The notes below the pieces were generated by a model, which was not told the DNA's origin, searched no databases, and saw nothing but the letters and a program-made list of their open reading frames with translations. Shown here one piece after another: positions 34,804 to 47,793 of a DNA stretch of 64,000 nucleotides (position 1 is the first letter of the stretch; the number at the start of each line of letters is the position of its first letter). The position numbers were made by a program, and so were the translations under genes. The DNA comes from Somniosus microcephalus. Taxonomy: Eukaryota. Location: assembly GCA_052327205.1 (NCBI GenBank), contig CM126223.1, positions 21,328,001 to 21,392,000 of the forward strand, written 5' to 3'.

Positions 34804-35315
34804 CTGTGGAAAGAATCCACTCTGTTTAACTACTGCAATACTGTCAGGTAGACCCTCCTGCATGACCTTTCCAACTGTCTGTCTGTATTACACTACACAT
34901 TTAGTCTTTAACCTTTCACATCTAAAAGTTTTATTTTGAATCTTCTGATACTGGGCGTTGACATAATAGAATGTGTATATAGAACTTTGTACTTTTTGTT
35001 GTCTAATAGTGTCTATTCCATGGAGGCTCTGTTGTTTGAAAGACTATCAAAACAGGTAAAGGGAGGTAATGGGACTGGACAATGAAAGCCAAAGCAAAGA
35101 ACAGTGCTCCTACACTGAGAACATATGATTACAATGACTAAGTACGGTCATATCTTAACAGGCTATCTACCATTACACTGATTTCACCACCATAAAATAG
35201 ACACTATTGTACAACAAAATTCTATATACACATTTTATTATGTCAACACCCAGTATCAGAAGATTAAAAAAATATATTTTTACATCACTGGCCCTTCTTA
35301 TCATGTTTCATCATA

Positions 35316-35491
35316 GTGGTAATTTTAACCTAACCCATCTGGCAGGAAACAGCTGTGATCGGATCGGCCCCTTATTTTACACACTACCCGATTTTACTTT
35401 CGATCGATGGAAAGTAAAACCAAGCGGAGTGTAAAACGGGCGGGCAATCCAAACAGTTTCAGGTCGGACGGGTTAGGTTAAAATTACCCAC
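35316..35491. mobile_element. Short fold-back MITE
   Basis: 19-bp perfect IR GGTAATTTTAACCTAACCC / GGGTTAGGTTAAAATTACC with nested IRs TTTTACAC/GTGTAAAA and TTTTACTTTC/GAAAGTAAAA. Confidence 0.7.
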
Positions 35492-35779
35492 GGCATATAT
35501 CCATCCCTTAATCCTATAACATCTCCCCGCAACTAAAAATTAGGAATTAAAAACAAAGGGAGGATTGGCAAGCACCTCAATACATGCACACATTTTACAA
35601 TCACCCATAAGATATTGCTGATTTACTTTTAAGAACAAGTCATCATGCCTGACTTTTTCCTGCCACAGCCTATTTTTAAAAGAACATTTCCAATGCTTTA
35701 TTCCCTGGCTTAAAAGACAATTCTCCAGCAGTTCAGACAAGGCAGAGAATCTGTTGACACTTTTATACTTTGAGAAGTG

Positions 35780-36125
35780 TCAGCCTTGGCTCAGTGGTAG
35801 CAGTCTGACCTTTAAATAAGAGGGTCGCGCCCCAGAGGTTTGAGCACATAATCTAGGCTGACACCAGTGCAGTACGAGGGACTACTTGAAGAGCAAGGAA
35901 GTTCTTCTGGTGTCTTGGCTGGACAATACATCACTCAATCAACACCACTAAACAAAAACAGATTATTGGTTATTTATCTCATTGGGACCATGCTGTGTAA
36001 ATTGGCTGCTGCATGCGCCTACATTACAGTGATGACTACTCTTCAAAAGTACTTCATTGGCTGTGAAGCATTTTGAGACGTCTTTGAGAATGATAATATC
36101 GTTATATAAATACAAGTTCTTTCTT
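35780..36125 (+). mobile_element. Deu-domain SINE, internally deleted
   Basis: Head GCCTTGGCTCAGTGGTAGC; AAAGTACTTCATTGGCTGTGAAGC tail. Confidence 0.6.
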
Positions 36126-36740
36126 TTTTTGTTTATGGGCTAGGGGCAATGCTACATTTATTGCCCATCCCCAGTTGCCCTGAGATGGTGATGGTGGGCC
36201 TTCTTCAACTGCTAGTCCTTGTAGTGATGGTGACCCCGCAATGGTGTTAGGCTGGGAATTCTGGGATTTTTGACCGAGTGACAATTAAGGAACAGTGATA
36301 CATTTTTAAGTCAGGATAATGCGGAACGTAGTGGTGATCATGATCCCACAATATTGTCGCTCTTGGTCGTCTAGGTAGTAGACCACTGAAAGATTTGGAA
36401 AAAGTTTAAGGGATCACAAGATAACTAAACATAGAAACATAGAAGATAGGAGCAGGAGTAGGCCATTCGGCCGCTCGAGCCTGCTCCGCCATTCAATGCG
36501 ATCATGGCTGATCATCCAAGTTCAGTACTCGGTCCCTGCTTTCTCCCCATACCCCTTGATCCCTTTAGCCTTAAGAAATATATCCAACTCCTTCTTGAAT
36601 ATATTTAATGTATTGGCCTCTACTGCCTTCTGTGGTAGAGAATTCCACAGGTTCACCACTCTCTGGGTGAAGAAATTCCTCCTCATTTCTGTCCTAAAAG
36701 GCTTACCCCTTATCCTTAGACTGTGACCCCTGGTTCTGGA
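36120..36740 (-). mobile_element. 3' ends of LINE B (~36120-36385) and CR1 (36428-36740)
   Basis: Matches 49141-49400 and the reverse complement of 7390-7695, respectively. Confidence 0.8.
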
Positions 36741-37019
36741 GATGAAGATGAAGACGACAGCCGCGATTTTACCATAGGCGGCGGGTTGGAGTCGGGTTGG
36801 CTGGTCGGCGGATTCCGGTCCTGCTGCCGGTTTAAGCCGCTTTGAAATAACTATTTTCGCTTATTAAGCCCGTTGTGCACGTTAACCGGCCCAATCAGTG
36901 GGTTCGGATCTGCTGCTCGCCTCTGCTGAAGTCTTCCATTTAGCTGGATTTAAGGGGTCCATGAACCCTTGTGGTGTTTCATTCACATTCTGCTGCTTCT
37001 CAGTATTACTGAGAGCGAG

Positions 37020-38916
37020 ATGACTGCTTCAAGAGCAAAGGCTTCTCCAAGATTCAATGATGACTCCCTCCATGCTCTTGTGCAGGGAGTGAGAGGGCGC
37101 AAGGAGGTTCTGTTCCCCTCAAATGGACAGAGGAAACCTCCTCAGCAAACCAAGGCAGCCTGGCTGCAAATTGCTGAGGAGGTTAGCGCCAGGTCTTTGT
37201 GCTCCCACACCTGGGTTCAGTGCCGCAAAAGGTTCAATGATCTGCTACGCTCAGCAAAAGTGAGTATAACATCACACTTACCTTCAATCTGCTCCCCATC
37301 TCTTCTCATCACCAGCACTCTGCACTGTCAACCTACTCCTGCAGATCCCAACTTATCCTTACATCCCTTGCACCCTTAACCATCCCTCTCTCCCTATGTA
37401 CAGAATCACTCCACCATTCTACTATGCATTCCTCACACTCGCTCTCAATGTTATGCAATGGCAACAACTAACGCATAGGGAGGGCCCTTGGTATTGGCAC
37501 CTCACTCCATCTTTGTCTCCCTCTAAGCATCTATGCTATGGATTCTCTACACTCACGCCAACATTCTCGCTCAAACTCCACTTGTGTCCCTCATTGCAGG
37601 AAAAGAGAGTCCACAATAAGAGGGAGAGGGGGAGGACAGGAGGAGGGCCACCTTCCATGGCGCACTTGACCACTGCTGAGGAGGCTGCTATCGACATTGT
37701 CGGAGGTGCTGAGGAGCTGGAAGTGGGGGACGGAGAGACAGGCGCAGTAGAGCAAGCTGGTGACAGAATAGATTTACAACCCTCTCATTTAGATTTCATG
37801 AGTGACTGATATGGCATCTGATGTTCATACAGATTGAGTTCTGATCATCTGCACAATGGGATGTGTCTGCTACATTAATATCACATATCTAACTCATGCC
37901 TTTACTCCCCCACAGGACCATCGAGGCCCCCCTCCCCACTGTCCAGGAGGAAGAGCCAGACGACTCCTCAGAGGAAGCTGCAACCTCTGAGGGTGCAGTG
38001 TCAGCAGAATTGATCACACCCAGCACCAGAGCAGAGACGCACACCTCAGTGGGTCATTCGCAAGATAGATTAGTGTTGTCACCTGGTGTATCACAGCTCA
38101 CAAGTGAGCATCAGCAGATGGTGGAGACAGGGACAGCAGAGGAGAGTCCTCGTCAGAGGGCGCTGGACACTCTTGGCTCTGCTCAGCTGCATGTGGACGC
38201 TGTGCCTCTGGGGCCATCTGGAAAGAGAGCTTCAGGAACAAGTGCAGAAGTTGACAGGGTTTGCAACCACTATAACTGCGAGTGTGCAGAGAATGGAGGA
38301 GTCCTTCTCAAACATGAGCAATGCCGTGGTGCATGCAATGGCGAATGTAGGTGCTGCCATGGAAAGGATGACAACCTCCATGGAGGACATAAATCGCCAG
38401 ACTCAAATGAACTTGGTGACTCTTCTCAATAGATGGTCTTCTATGGAGGATAGATGGGCATCTACTGAGGAGAGGAACCAGAGGTACATGGACATCACCG
38501 TTATGAGGACTGTCAGTACAGAGATGGGTCCTCATGGCCCCACTGATGTGTAGCAAGGTGCTCTCCAGCTACTTGCTAGCAGTGAAGTGCAGGTGACCCA
38601 TGAGAGAGATGTTGGTGGTCGACAACAAGGAAGTGTGGGCTCCTCTCCAAGCACTCGCACTCCCATGCCACCGCGGAGCCCTCAGTCAGAGCCCCAGATT
38701 CCTCACCCAATTGAGATGGCTGTCTCAGCCCCTGCACAGCTGCAAGAGAAGCAGACTGTTGCTGAGCCCTCCCAGGCTCCCAAACCCAGAGGACGCCCGC
38801 CAAAGGCGTCGAAGCAGGCGCAGCATGGAAGTGAGCAAGGTGCCTCAACATCTGCTGAAGCCACAGGGGAAGTACCACATAGAAGCACACGCAAGAGAAA
38901 GTTAACACACAAATAG
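37020..38916 (+). pseudogene. Harbinger Myb/SANT-like DNA-binding protein; exons 37020-37259, 37600-37759, 37916-38916
   Basis: PRFNDDSLHALV..AWLQIAEEV..TWVQCRKRFNDL|GTGAGT; CAG|EKRVHNKRERGRTGGG; last exon disrupted, ends RSTRKRKLTHK. Confidence 0.82.
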
Positions 38917-39195
38917 TCACAAGGGTAGTCACTTGGGTGTTTTGATATAATACAAAGTGAAGTTTCTCATCGTTATTTCAATTGTAATAAAGAAATGCGA
39001 TGGCAAAGATTCAGAGTTGGCCTACGTGTGCTCAGAAATGGAAGTTGCACAGTGAGGGGTCAGGGCGCCTTTCATCTGTAATGGTAGTGGTGAGAGTGGT
39101 AGGAACCCACAGTTTATTGTACAGATGCTGTATGGCATGTTAAGGTCGGCCAGACACTCATTTCCATGTGCCAGCCACGTGTTGGCTGCGTAAAT

Positions 39196-40349
39196 TTACG
39201 CGAATCTGGCATGGATTAGTGCATCCCTTGCCTCACGGCCAGCAATATGCTCACGTGCTGGTGGAACTGGCACATCTGCCTCCGCAAGGTCTTCCTCATC
39301 TGCCTGAGGAGGCTGTGCGGTAAGCCACGCTGCTGTGCAATGTTGTGCAGGGCGCAGCAGACCACGATGATTCTGGATACCCTGGCTGGCAAGTACTGTA
39401 GGGCTCCACCAGATCTGTCGAGGCATCTGAATCGCATTTTGAGCAAGCAGATGGTTTGTTCTATGATGTTTCTGGTGGAAATGTGGCTCACATTGTAGCG
39501 CTCCTCAGCTTCGTTTGATGTCCTCCTCATTGGTGTCATTAGCCATGTCTTCAGGGGATAGCCCTTGTCTCCAAGTAGCAATCCAGAAAGTTGTGTTGGC
39601 CGATATGAACAGCTCAGGCACAGTAGCCTGCTGCAGGATGTACGAGTCATGGCAACTGCCAGGGAACTTGGCACAAACATGCATAATGTTCTTCCTGTGG
39701 TTACACACCAGCTGGACGTTAAGGGAGTGGAAGCCCTTGCGGTTGACAAATACAGCTGGGTTGTGATGGGGTGCCCTAATGGCCACATGTGTGCAGTTTA
39801 TGGCGCCCTGCACCCTTGGGAAGTCTACCATATTTGCAAAGCTAACCGCCCGCGCAGTAACACTTGCTTCATCCTTGGAGAAGTGGATGTAAATGTGCGA
39901 CTTTGCAAAGAGGCTATCGGTAACCTGCGTAATGCAAGTGTGTGCGGCCGACTGGGAGATGCCGCTGATGTCTGCTGCTGATCCCTAGAGGGACCCTGAA
40001 GCAAAGAAGTTGAGTGCGGTGGTGACTTTGGCAGTCACTGGTAAGGAGTGTCCATCCGCTCCTCTGGGCTGCAGGTCTTGCTGCAGCATTGTGCAGATGT
40101 CAGCGACTACCTCTCGCGAAAGTCTCAGCCTCCTTTGGCACTGCTGCTCACTCATGTTGAGGAAGCTCATCCTCGGCCTGTGTTGGGGGTATCTCCTGCG
40201 GCGCGGATGTCCTGTGCAGCATCAGATGGCTGAGGACAAGGTTGGCGCTCCTGTTGTTGCTGCTGCTGTTGTGCCTGGTTCTGCTGCAGCCGCGGCTGCT
40301 CTTCCTCCGATTCGGAGGACCAGGATGAGAGGGTATAAATGGTTCCCAT
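39196..40349 (-). pseudogene. Harbinger (HARBI1-like) DDE transposase, frameshifted
   Basis: [69 protein letters not shown] over several frames. Confidence 0.9.
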
Positions 40350-40664
40350 TCCACTGGTATATATCTCAGTTAAGGAAGAGTTGTTATAAGCGCTCAGTCA
40401 ATGTGGGGAGAGGGTTTTCCAAGGAGATCACAGTGCATATGGATCTCAGCTTAAACACTTACAAGCTGAATAGACCTGCAAAATGTGTTCCAAAACCTCA
40501 AAACACAAAGTTCAGGGATCTGAAAGTCAGCAATGTTATAGGTCTGCTTTTATGCTGCAGGAGCAGCTGTCAAGTATTCAGCTAGTTGCTGAACCCGGCA
40601 CAATCCGCTGGCGTGGTTGTCGCACGACGTGCAACACGCTGAAAATGTAGTAAAATAGGGAGAG

Positions 40665-40950
40665 AAAAAGAAAAAAAAGACTCACATTTATATAGTGCCT
40701 TTCACGACCACTGGACGTCTCAAAGCGCTTTACAGCCAATGAAGTACTTTTGAAGTGGAGTCACTTTTGTAATGTAGGAAACGCGGCAGCCAATTTGCGC
40801 ACAGCAAGGTCCCACAAACAGCAATGTGATAATGACCAGATAATCTGTTTTTGTTATGTTGGTTGAGGGATAACTAAGGGCAAGGACACTGGGGATAACT
40901 CCTGTGCTCTTCTTCGAAATAGTACCATGGGATCTTTTAAAATCACCTCT
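40665..40950 (-). mobile_element. Deu-domain SINE 3' part inserted in the Harbinger
   Basis: AAGCGCTTTACAGCCAATGAAGTACTTTTGAAG; similar to 27810-28050. Confidence 0.7.
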
Positions 40951-41364
40951 TAAAATCGCATTATTTAGGCAGTTAACAAGCTGTTAACTGCCTTAAGTGG
41001 CTATCCCGCCGTTTGATGTTGGGTCCGATCAGGATTTGCAGACCCGACACTTTGTAAAGTTGAGTGGAGGCAGGACAGCGGCAGGTTCGCAATCCGCCGT
41101 CAATCATTTAGATTTTAACTCCTCACCAGCCTACAAACCCGCCCTCTGAACGCTGGCAAAATCGCGGCCAACCATTCAGCCCATCTTAGTTTCTCCATCC
41201 AGAATTACTGTAGAGTGTCTCAACTTTAACACCAGTTGGCTTGTTAATTATGCAAGGATTTCACTTCCGTACTCTGTCCAGGAGCCCATTCCATGTATTG
41301 CTCACTCTTAATGTGAACAGCTTCCTGATACCAGTCCTAAATGTTCTGTTTATAAGTTTGAACT

Positions 41365-41655
41365 GCGATGTTAAACCAAGGCCCCACGTGCCCTCTCAGG
41401 TGAACGTAAAATACCTCATTGCACTATTCGAAGAAGAGCTGGGGAGTTGTCCAGGCCAACATTTACCCCTCAAACACCATCACTCAAACAGATTATGTGG
41501 TCATTATCTTATTGCTGTTTGTGGATCTTGTTGTGTGTAAATTGGCTGCCGCGTTTCCTACATTACAATAGTGACTACACTTCAAAAAGTACTTTATTGG
41601 CTGTAAAGCGCTTTGGGACATCCTGAGGTTGTGAAAAGCGCTATAGAAAAAGCAA
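41365..41655 (+). mobile_element. Deu-domain SINE 3' part within an old LINE remnant
   Basis: AAATTGGCTGCCGCGTTTCCTACATTACAA..GGCTGTAAAGCGCTTTGGGAC. Confidence 0.65.
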
Positions 41656-43365
41656 GTATTTTGTCCCCCCTTGTGGCCTTTGTCTTACATGAACAATTTA
41701 ATTTAAAAGTAATTTTTCAGATTTACCATTTCCATACTGTTTACGATCTTGTATACTTCTACAAACAAGATCACGTCTCAGATGCCTCCTTTTAAGGCTG
41801 CAAAGCCAAAGTTTCCAAGTCTTTCCTCATAGATCAGAGCACCAAGATAACAGAACAGCCTTGTGGCTCTTCTCTGCAATGCGTCCAACACTTGAATCTC
41901 TTCCTCGTATCTTCACGAGCAGAACTGGTTTGGTTTGACTAAAACACTGTACTCATGCTGAGAGGCAGCGATTTTGATCGTCACCTCTTGGATCGCATTT
42001 CTCAGGAACCAAACTGATCCAGCGGTTGTATGCAGTTTTTCTGTGTTATGGGAAATTTTACCAGGGCCCCATATTTCGCTGTGACCCCTGGGCATGGGCC
42101 CTGTAGACTTGTGCATTAATCGATTCCTGCTTCACTGGTATTCAACACAAAATAGTTCCAGATTTTTGTACTGCTGTCTTCAGAACATCATACCAGCTAT
42201 TTATGAATAATACAGGCTGCCCCATGGTCATAGACTTCACAGCGCAACAACCAAACTCTAATATATGTTGGATATATGCTATCTCCATGTAAAATCATGG
42301 AAAATAAAATGTCACTGCAATCACATAATACTCTAGTCTGAGCTACTTATACAGCTGAAGCTGGGATGCCATCTGAAATGGAGCAACTCTTACACGAATT
42401 GTACAAGAAATGCATCTAAAACAGTTTACACATTGCTGTTATTATTTACTGTTATTATTTGAAAAAGGGAAATAAAAATGGCAAAAGTTGGTAAAAAGTT
42501 AAAAGGCAGAAAAGATTAAACTAAGAGTTCAATCTCTCTTGTAACCAGCAACTTTTCAGAACTGAGACTAGAGGCAATCTGTTAAATAACAGTGAAAGCA
42601 GGACTGCAAAACAATGGGTTTTGTATATTACCTTTAAGACTTCAAGCAATTGCCTAGGCAACCCCAAATAGGCAATCCAAAAATGAAATAAGTTAACAAA
42701 AGCCTGGGTAATTCCCATTGCAGGCAGCCAAGGATTAATGACAAAGTTGTCTCTAGACTAGATTTCCATGGCTTCTGGTAATTTCCACTGCAACTTGTAT
42801 CCATCAGGAACTAATTTATGTACTGAATGCAAAGATCTCTCATTCTATTTATATGCATTACAAAGAATAGTTTTCTCTATTCAAGACCTTAATACATCAC
42901 AAGGCTCCAAGAACACACTGTTCTACTGTCATGCCTACAGCTCTTCGTGATGTCACAGCAGAAGTTTCATAAAGTGGCTTCCCCCAGGCTGCCTCTAATC
43001 AGTAACATTAAAACACAGTAAATATGGAACAACTAAAACACCAGCAAATCATGATACTTATGTACTTATCTGCCTGTAACATTTTGTCTACATAATAAGC
43101 ACCGTACTTGGAATAAAACATTTTGTGAAGCACTTTGATATGTTTTGATGTGATTAAGCATTATTTAGTTTTGTGTAATAATGTAGTACAAAACAGCTTC
43201 TTCTTTAATTAAAATTTCAAAATCCTTCAAAACAGCTTCCTGTTCAACTACATCATAGCAAGACAATTTTTGGGTACCCTGGCAGAAGAGACAAAAACTA
43301 CAGTATATGCTGGAGAAGAACAAGGATCTTGCAAATCCGTCACTCCAGAGATCTTGTGCACTAAC

Positions 43366-43521
43366 CTGGACAAGCAGTGAGTGCTATGTAAGCTTGTTCT
43401 GTATTGGACCACTTCATCTCTCTCAGAATCTCTGCATGCACCTTCTTATTTTGTTTCTGTCTTTTTAAAGTTTGACTCCAGCTCCACAGGTATATTGAGC
43501 CTTGCATGGAACTTTTGGAAG
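43366..43521 (-). CDS. LRWD1: LRWD1 exon
   Basis: (A)SKSSMQGSIYLWSWSQTLKRQKQNKKVHAEILREMKWSNTEQAYIALTACP; CAG / GTTAGT; 156 nt, phases 1/1. Confidence 0.93.
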
Positions 43522-43989
43522 CTGTATAAAAACAAGACAAAATACTTTAAGCATAACAGTTTCAGTAATTTAAAAGGTTTAATTACTGCTGTACATAAAC
43601 ACTAATTAAAGTTAAGTAGAACATAACTGATATTTTAGGAATGAGTTATACTGTGATAAGTCTTCTTGCCATTAAAAAGTGCTGGATTGTTCAAATCTGA
43701 GAAACACGAGTGACCTCTACTCAATGACAACTGGTTATACAGCAGCTTCACCGTTTGGCATCTGAAGTTAGAAAAATTGCCATTTTCCTTATTCAGTGAA
43801 ATTTGTTTTCAAAATCCAAGATTTTAAAAACAAAACTGTCTAACATTTTATTTTAGGTTGATTGTGCTCTATCATGACCGAGTATAAGAAAGTGTAACTT
43901 TATGCTGGATGCCTAAGAAGGAAATTGGACAATAAACTGCCACTGCCCAAATTCATTTTATTTAGAAAATAAGCTTTAATTCCATCAGG

Positions 43990-45395
43990 ATACATAGATA
44001 CATAGAAGATAGGAGCAGGAGTAGGCCATTCGGCCCTTCGTGCCTGCTCCGCCATTTAATGAGATCATGGCTGATCCTTTAATTCAGTATCCCGTCCCCG
44101 CCTTCTCTCCGTAACCCTTAACCCCTTTTGCCCGTAGAAATATATCTAATTCCCTCTTAAATATATTTAATGAGCTGGCATACACTGCCCTCTGTGGCAA
44201 TGAGTTCCACAGGTTCACCACTCTCTGAGTGAAGAAATTCCCCCTCATCTCTGTCCTAAATGGTTTAGCCCTTATCCTTAAATTATGTCCTCTAGTTCTG
44301 TTCTCACCCGCCAAGGGAAACATTCCTTCTGCATCCAGTCTGTCTAGACCTGTCAGAATTTTATACACTTCTATGAGGTCCCCTCTCAATCTTCTAAACT
44401 CCAGTGTGTACATCCCTAAACTACATAGTCTCTCCTCATAGGTCATTCCCGCCATTCCTGGTATCAGCCTGGTGAATCGCCGCTGCACCCCCTCCATGGC
44501 AAGAACATCCTTCCTCAGATGAGGCGACCAAAACTGTACACAGTACTCGAGGTGTGGTCTCACCAGTGCCCTGTACAGCTGCAGCAAGGTATCCCTGTTC
44601 CTGTATTCTAACCCTTTTGCTATGAAGGCCAGCATACCGTTTGCCTTCTTGACCGCCTGTTGCACCTGCATGCTCGCCTTCAGTGACTGGTGTACAAGAA
44701 CACCCAGGTCTCTCTGTACTTCCCCCTCTCCCAATCTATTGCCATTTAAATAATAATTTGCCCTCCCGTTCCTGCACCCAAGGTGGATAACTTCGCACTT
44801 GTCCACATTATAGTGCATCTGCCATTTATCCGCCCAATCGCCCAGTCTGTCCAAATCGCTCTGGAGCTTCCTGGTCTCTTCCTCTGAGCCCACCCCCCCT
44901 CCTAGTTTAGTGTCGTCTGCAAATTTGGAAATGCTGCATCCGACTCCCTGATCCAGGTCATTAATGTAAATTGTGAACAGCTGGGGGCCCAGGACAGATC
45001 CCTGTGGTACCCCACTTGTTACTGCCTGCCATTCAGAAAATGAGCCGTTTATTCCAACTCTCTGTTTTCTATCTGACAGCCAGTTCCCTATCCACGCCAA
45101 AACTTTCCCCTTTATCCCATGAGCCTCAATTTTCCATGCTAATCTTTTATGTGGGACCTTATCGAAGGCCTTTTGGAAGTCCAGGTACACCACATCTACT
45201 GGCTCTCCCCCATCTATTCTACCAGTTACTCCCTCAAAAAATTCCAATAGATTAGTCAAGCACGATTTACCCTTTGTAAATCCATGTTGACTCTGTCCTA
45301 TCCTGTCCCCATTTGCTAAGTGCTCCGCTATTTCATCCTTAATGATGGACTCCAGCATTTTGCCCACAACTGATGTAAGGCTTACAGGTCTGTAA
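43990..45395 (-). mobile_element. 5'-truncated CR1 with open RT frame (427 aa)
   Basis: ORF 44084..45367 with FADD; same subfamily tail as 6312-7696. Confidence 0.93.
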
Positions 45396-45534
45396 CCAGT
45401 AATGAACTTAGGTTACAGATAAAGCAGCATTCTAACCATTGTGAAAGTCAGTCTAACTTGGTAAACTAGTCACAAATTTAAATGGGTCCGAGTGGAATGT
45501 TCCTACAATTTCCATCAAATCCTAGCACACTTAC

Positions 45535-45638
45535 CTACAAGATCATCACTGCAGAAGGCCAACGAATCAACAATATGGTAATCAGTTTTATCATCTTCTT
45601 TATTGTAAATTGGGAACAGAAATTCCATCTCCATGTTT
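45535..45638 (-). CDS. LRWD1: LRWD1 exon
   Basis: (R)NMEMEFLFPIYNKEDDKTDYHIVDSLAFCSDDLV; TAG / GTAAGT; 104 nt, phases 2/1. Confidence 0.93.
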
Positions 45639-47459
45639 CTAACAGTACAGGAGGAAAACCATATGTTAATTTCACCATGAAGCGTTGCACTCAGTAGAAT
45701 ACAAAGGGTACACTTCATTTCCGTGTCAGAAGAGTAGTTTGCCATTTCTGGTACCAACTGCAACATTCCTATCTACTTGGAGGAAATGTAACTATGAATA
45801 AGTAAAGTAAAAATAAGTGGCACAGTGCAGCAATCTTGCTGCCCCAGCAGTACTTGTATTCAGATTTTACTCCGTCACTGCTGAATCCCAAACTCAGCCA
45901 CTCAATATTAGCATCGAGTAAAAGCCAAGCACTTGCTCATAAGACGGGAAAATTGGCCTCTGGATGCTCTTGTGCATGCCTTCCAGTGACTGGCTTTCAT
46001 CGTCTCAGACAGTTGTTGTAGCCCCAAGAAAAGAAATTGGAGAGAAATTTAATCTCAAATAAAACAATTAAAAAAAAAGTTTAGATAAATTGCAGTTGTT
46101 GGAAAAGTTACTAGACTTTGATCACTTGGCAAATGTGTAACATGGGCCACTCTAAGGGCAACAGAGTATTTAAAAATAACATTTTGCACAAAATACTCCA
46201 ACTTGATGCTATCCTGTTCATAACCAACACATCATTACCACCAGAAATGTATGTCAAATGATTAAACTTTTTGGTAGAAGACGTGGGAGCAAATTTTAAT
46301 CTTCAGGTGTCAGCTCTAACTTGGTTAACAGTGTTTTAAGACCTGCCTGAATCCAAGTGCAAATAGCATTCAATTCTCTGGTTTAAGTTACATAGAAAAT
46401 GCAAGAAGAAGGCTGTTCGGCCCAACCAGTCCATGGTGATATTTGTGCTTCATACGAGCAGTAGTGCTAATCCCATGTGCCCGCTCTGCTCCCAAATCCC
46501 TTTATTTCCCTTTTGTTCATTTGCATAACTATTCACAACTCCAGGTTCAAACTCAGATGGGTCGAGGGTTAGCATCACTGGTAGGAGAGGAAAAATGGAT
46601 TTTGGTTAAAGCTTAAATTAATGGGACCATTAAAGGTGAATATCAATGGACAGGATGGGAATGTCACTGGGGAGGTGGGGGTGAAAAAAAGGGAGCAAAA
46701 ATTCAGAAAGCTTCTGGATAGCTATAATAAAGCCTATCAGAAGCCTTTACCAAGTCTGATGGGGCAGTGGATTCAGAAGTAGGCCAAGATGAAGGAAAAG
46801 AAAGCTCCAGGCACAGGCACAAGTCTGCAGATAAATAATGGTACAGCCAGAACCTGATCCCTTTAAATGGTTGCTGAAGTTGAGATGGAGCTGCATGTGT
46901 AGGGGGTTGCCTTCTGTGCTACTCCACAGCACTATCCCATCAGTCAGCACTGCAAGAAGGTGCAGTGAAGTTTCAGGCCACACCTGACCTTTACGGTTCC
47001 TGCACATGTGCAAAGCGCTTTGCATGCCACAGGTGTCTTAGCAACAGGTGATACAGCTTGGCATCTGCCTCTCTGCTGACCCAGATCCTGAAAAAAGAGG
47101 TCCCCATGATCATTCTCAGACAGGTTTGTCAGGGCTTGCAGAAATGGTTAGCCAGGCATTCACATTTCAGTGATGTCACCAGGGATATACTGGTGCAGCT
47201 TCCTTTGGCGAGAGAAGCCTCTGCCAACACAACATGTTACCTCCTTCTGCATAACAGGGGTTGCGAGTGCCAGCACCAGCAGGAGAGCAGAGAGCACTTC
47301 TCCAGCAGCCTGACCTCCATGGCATCCCTCCGCAGAATCTCCTCTTATTCTGAAATCTTCAGCTCAGACTAAAAAAGTTTTGCCCTTATTGACAAGCTGC
47401 CATTTACTGTTGTGCAAAGAATAGCAGAAACATTTTATGATAATGTAATAATACGAATA

Positions 47460-47793
47460 CAGGAAACTTTGGTTTATCCGGAGGTTGTATGTCCGGAAAC
47501 CTCGATCCACCGGCAGAAATCAGGAGCTGTTTTGTTAGGTTTTTTTTCTTCTTGTGGCTTTTTTTTCCAACAGTCAGGCTCTGCAAAGTCTCTCTGAAGC
47601 TGTTGCTAAGCTACAGAGACGCTTCCAAGGTACGGCCGACTGTTTAGAAGCTGTTGCTAAGCAACAGTGTTTGTTGCCAGATACGGAGCTGCAAATCTCC
47701 GTATGCTTCAACATTGCCGCTGGTTTGCCCGGCAGTTTTGATAGATCGGCAACGGCTCAGTCCCGTCGGTGCCGGATATCACAAAGTTTCCTG
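47460..47793. mobile_element. Tc1/mariner-pogo (Tigger-like) MITE
   Basis: TIR CAGGAAACTTTG / CAAAGTTTCCTG with TA on both sides. Confidence 0.78.

Larger units (their letters stand above)
36759..41169. mobile_element. PIF/Harbinger DNA transposon, two-gene layout, decayed
   Basis: TIR (A)GCCGCGATTTT / AAAATCGCGGCC; flanks GAC/AAC; convergent Myb/SANT gene (+) and DDE transposase (-). Confidence 0.9.

Noticed and set aside
39196-40349. Domesticated HARBI1 gene
   Set aside because: Frameshifts, first catalytic Asp changed to Asn (GAIN), and TIRs still present.
46700-47400. Short ORFs in a mildly GC-richer intronic patch (similar patches near 51400-52000 and 56450-56900)
   Set aside because: No motifs, and the LRWD1 exon chain is already in phase without them; probably decayed DNA-transposon sequence.
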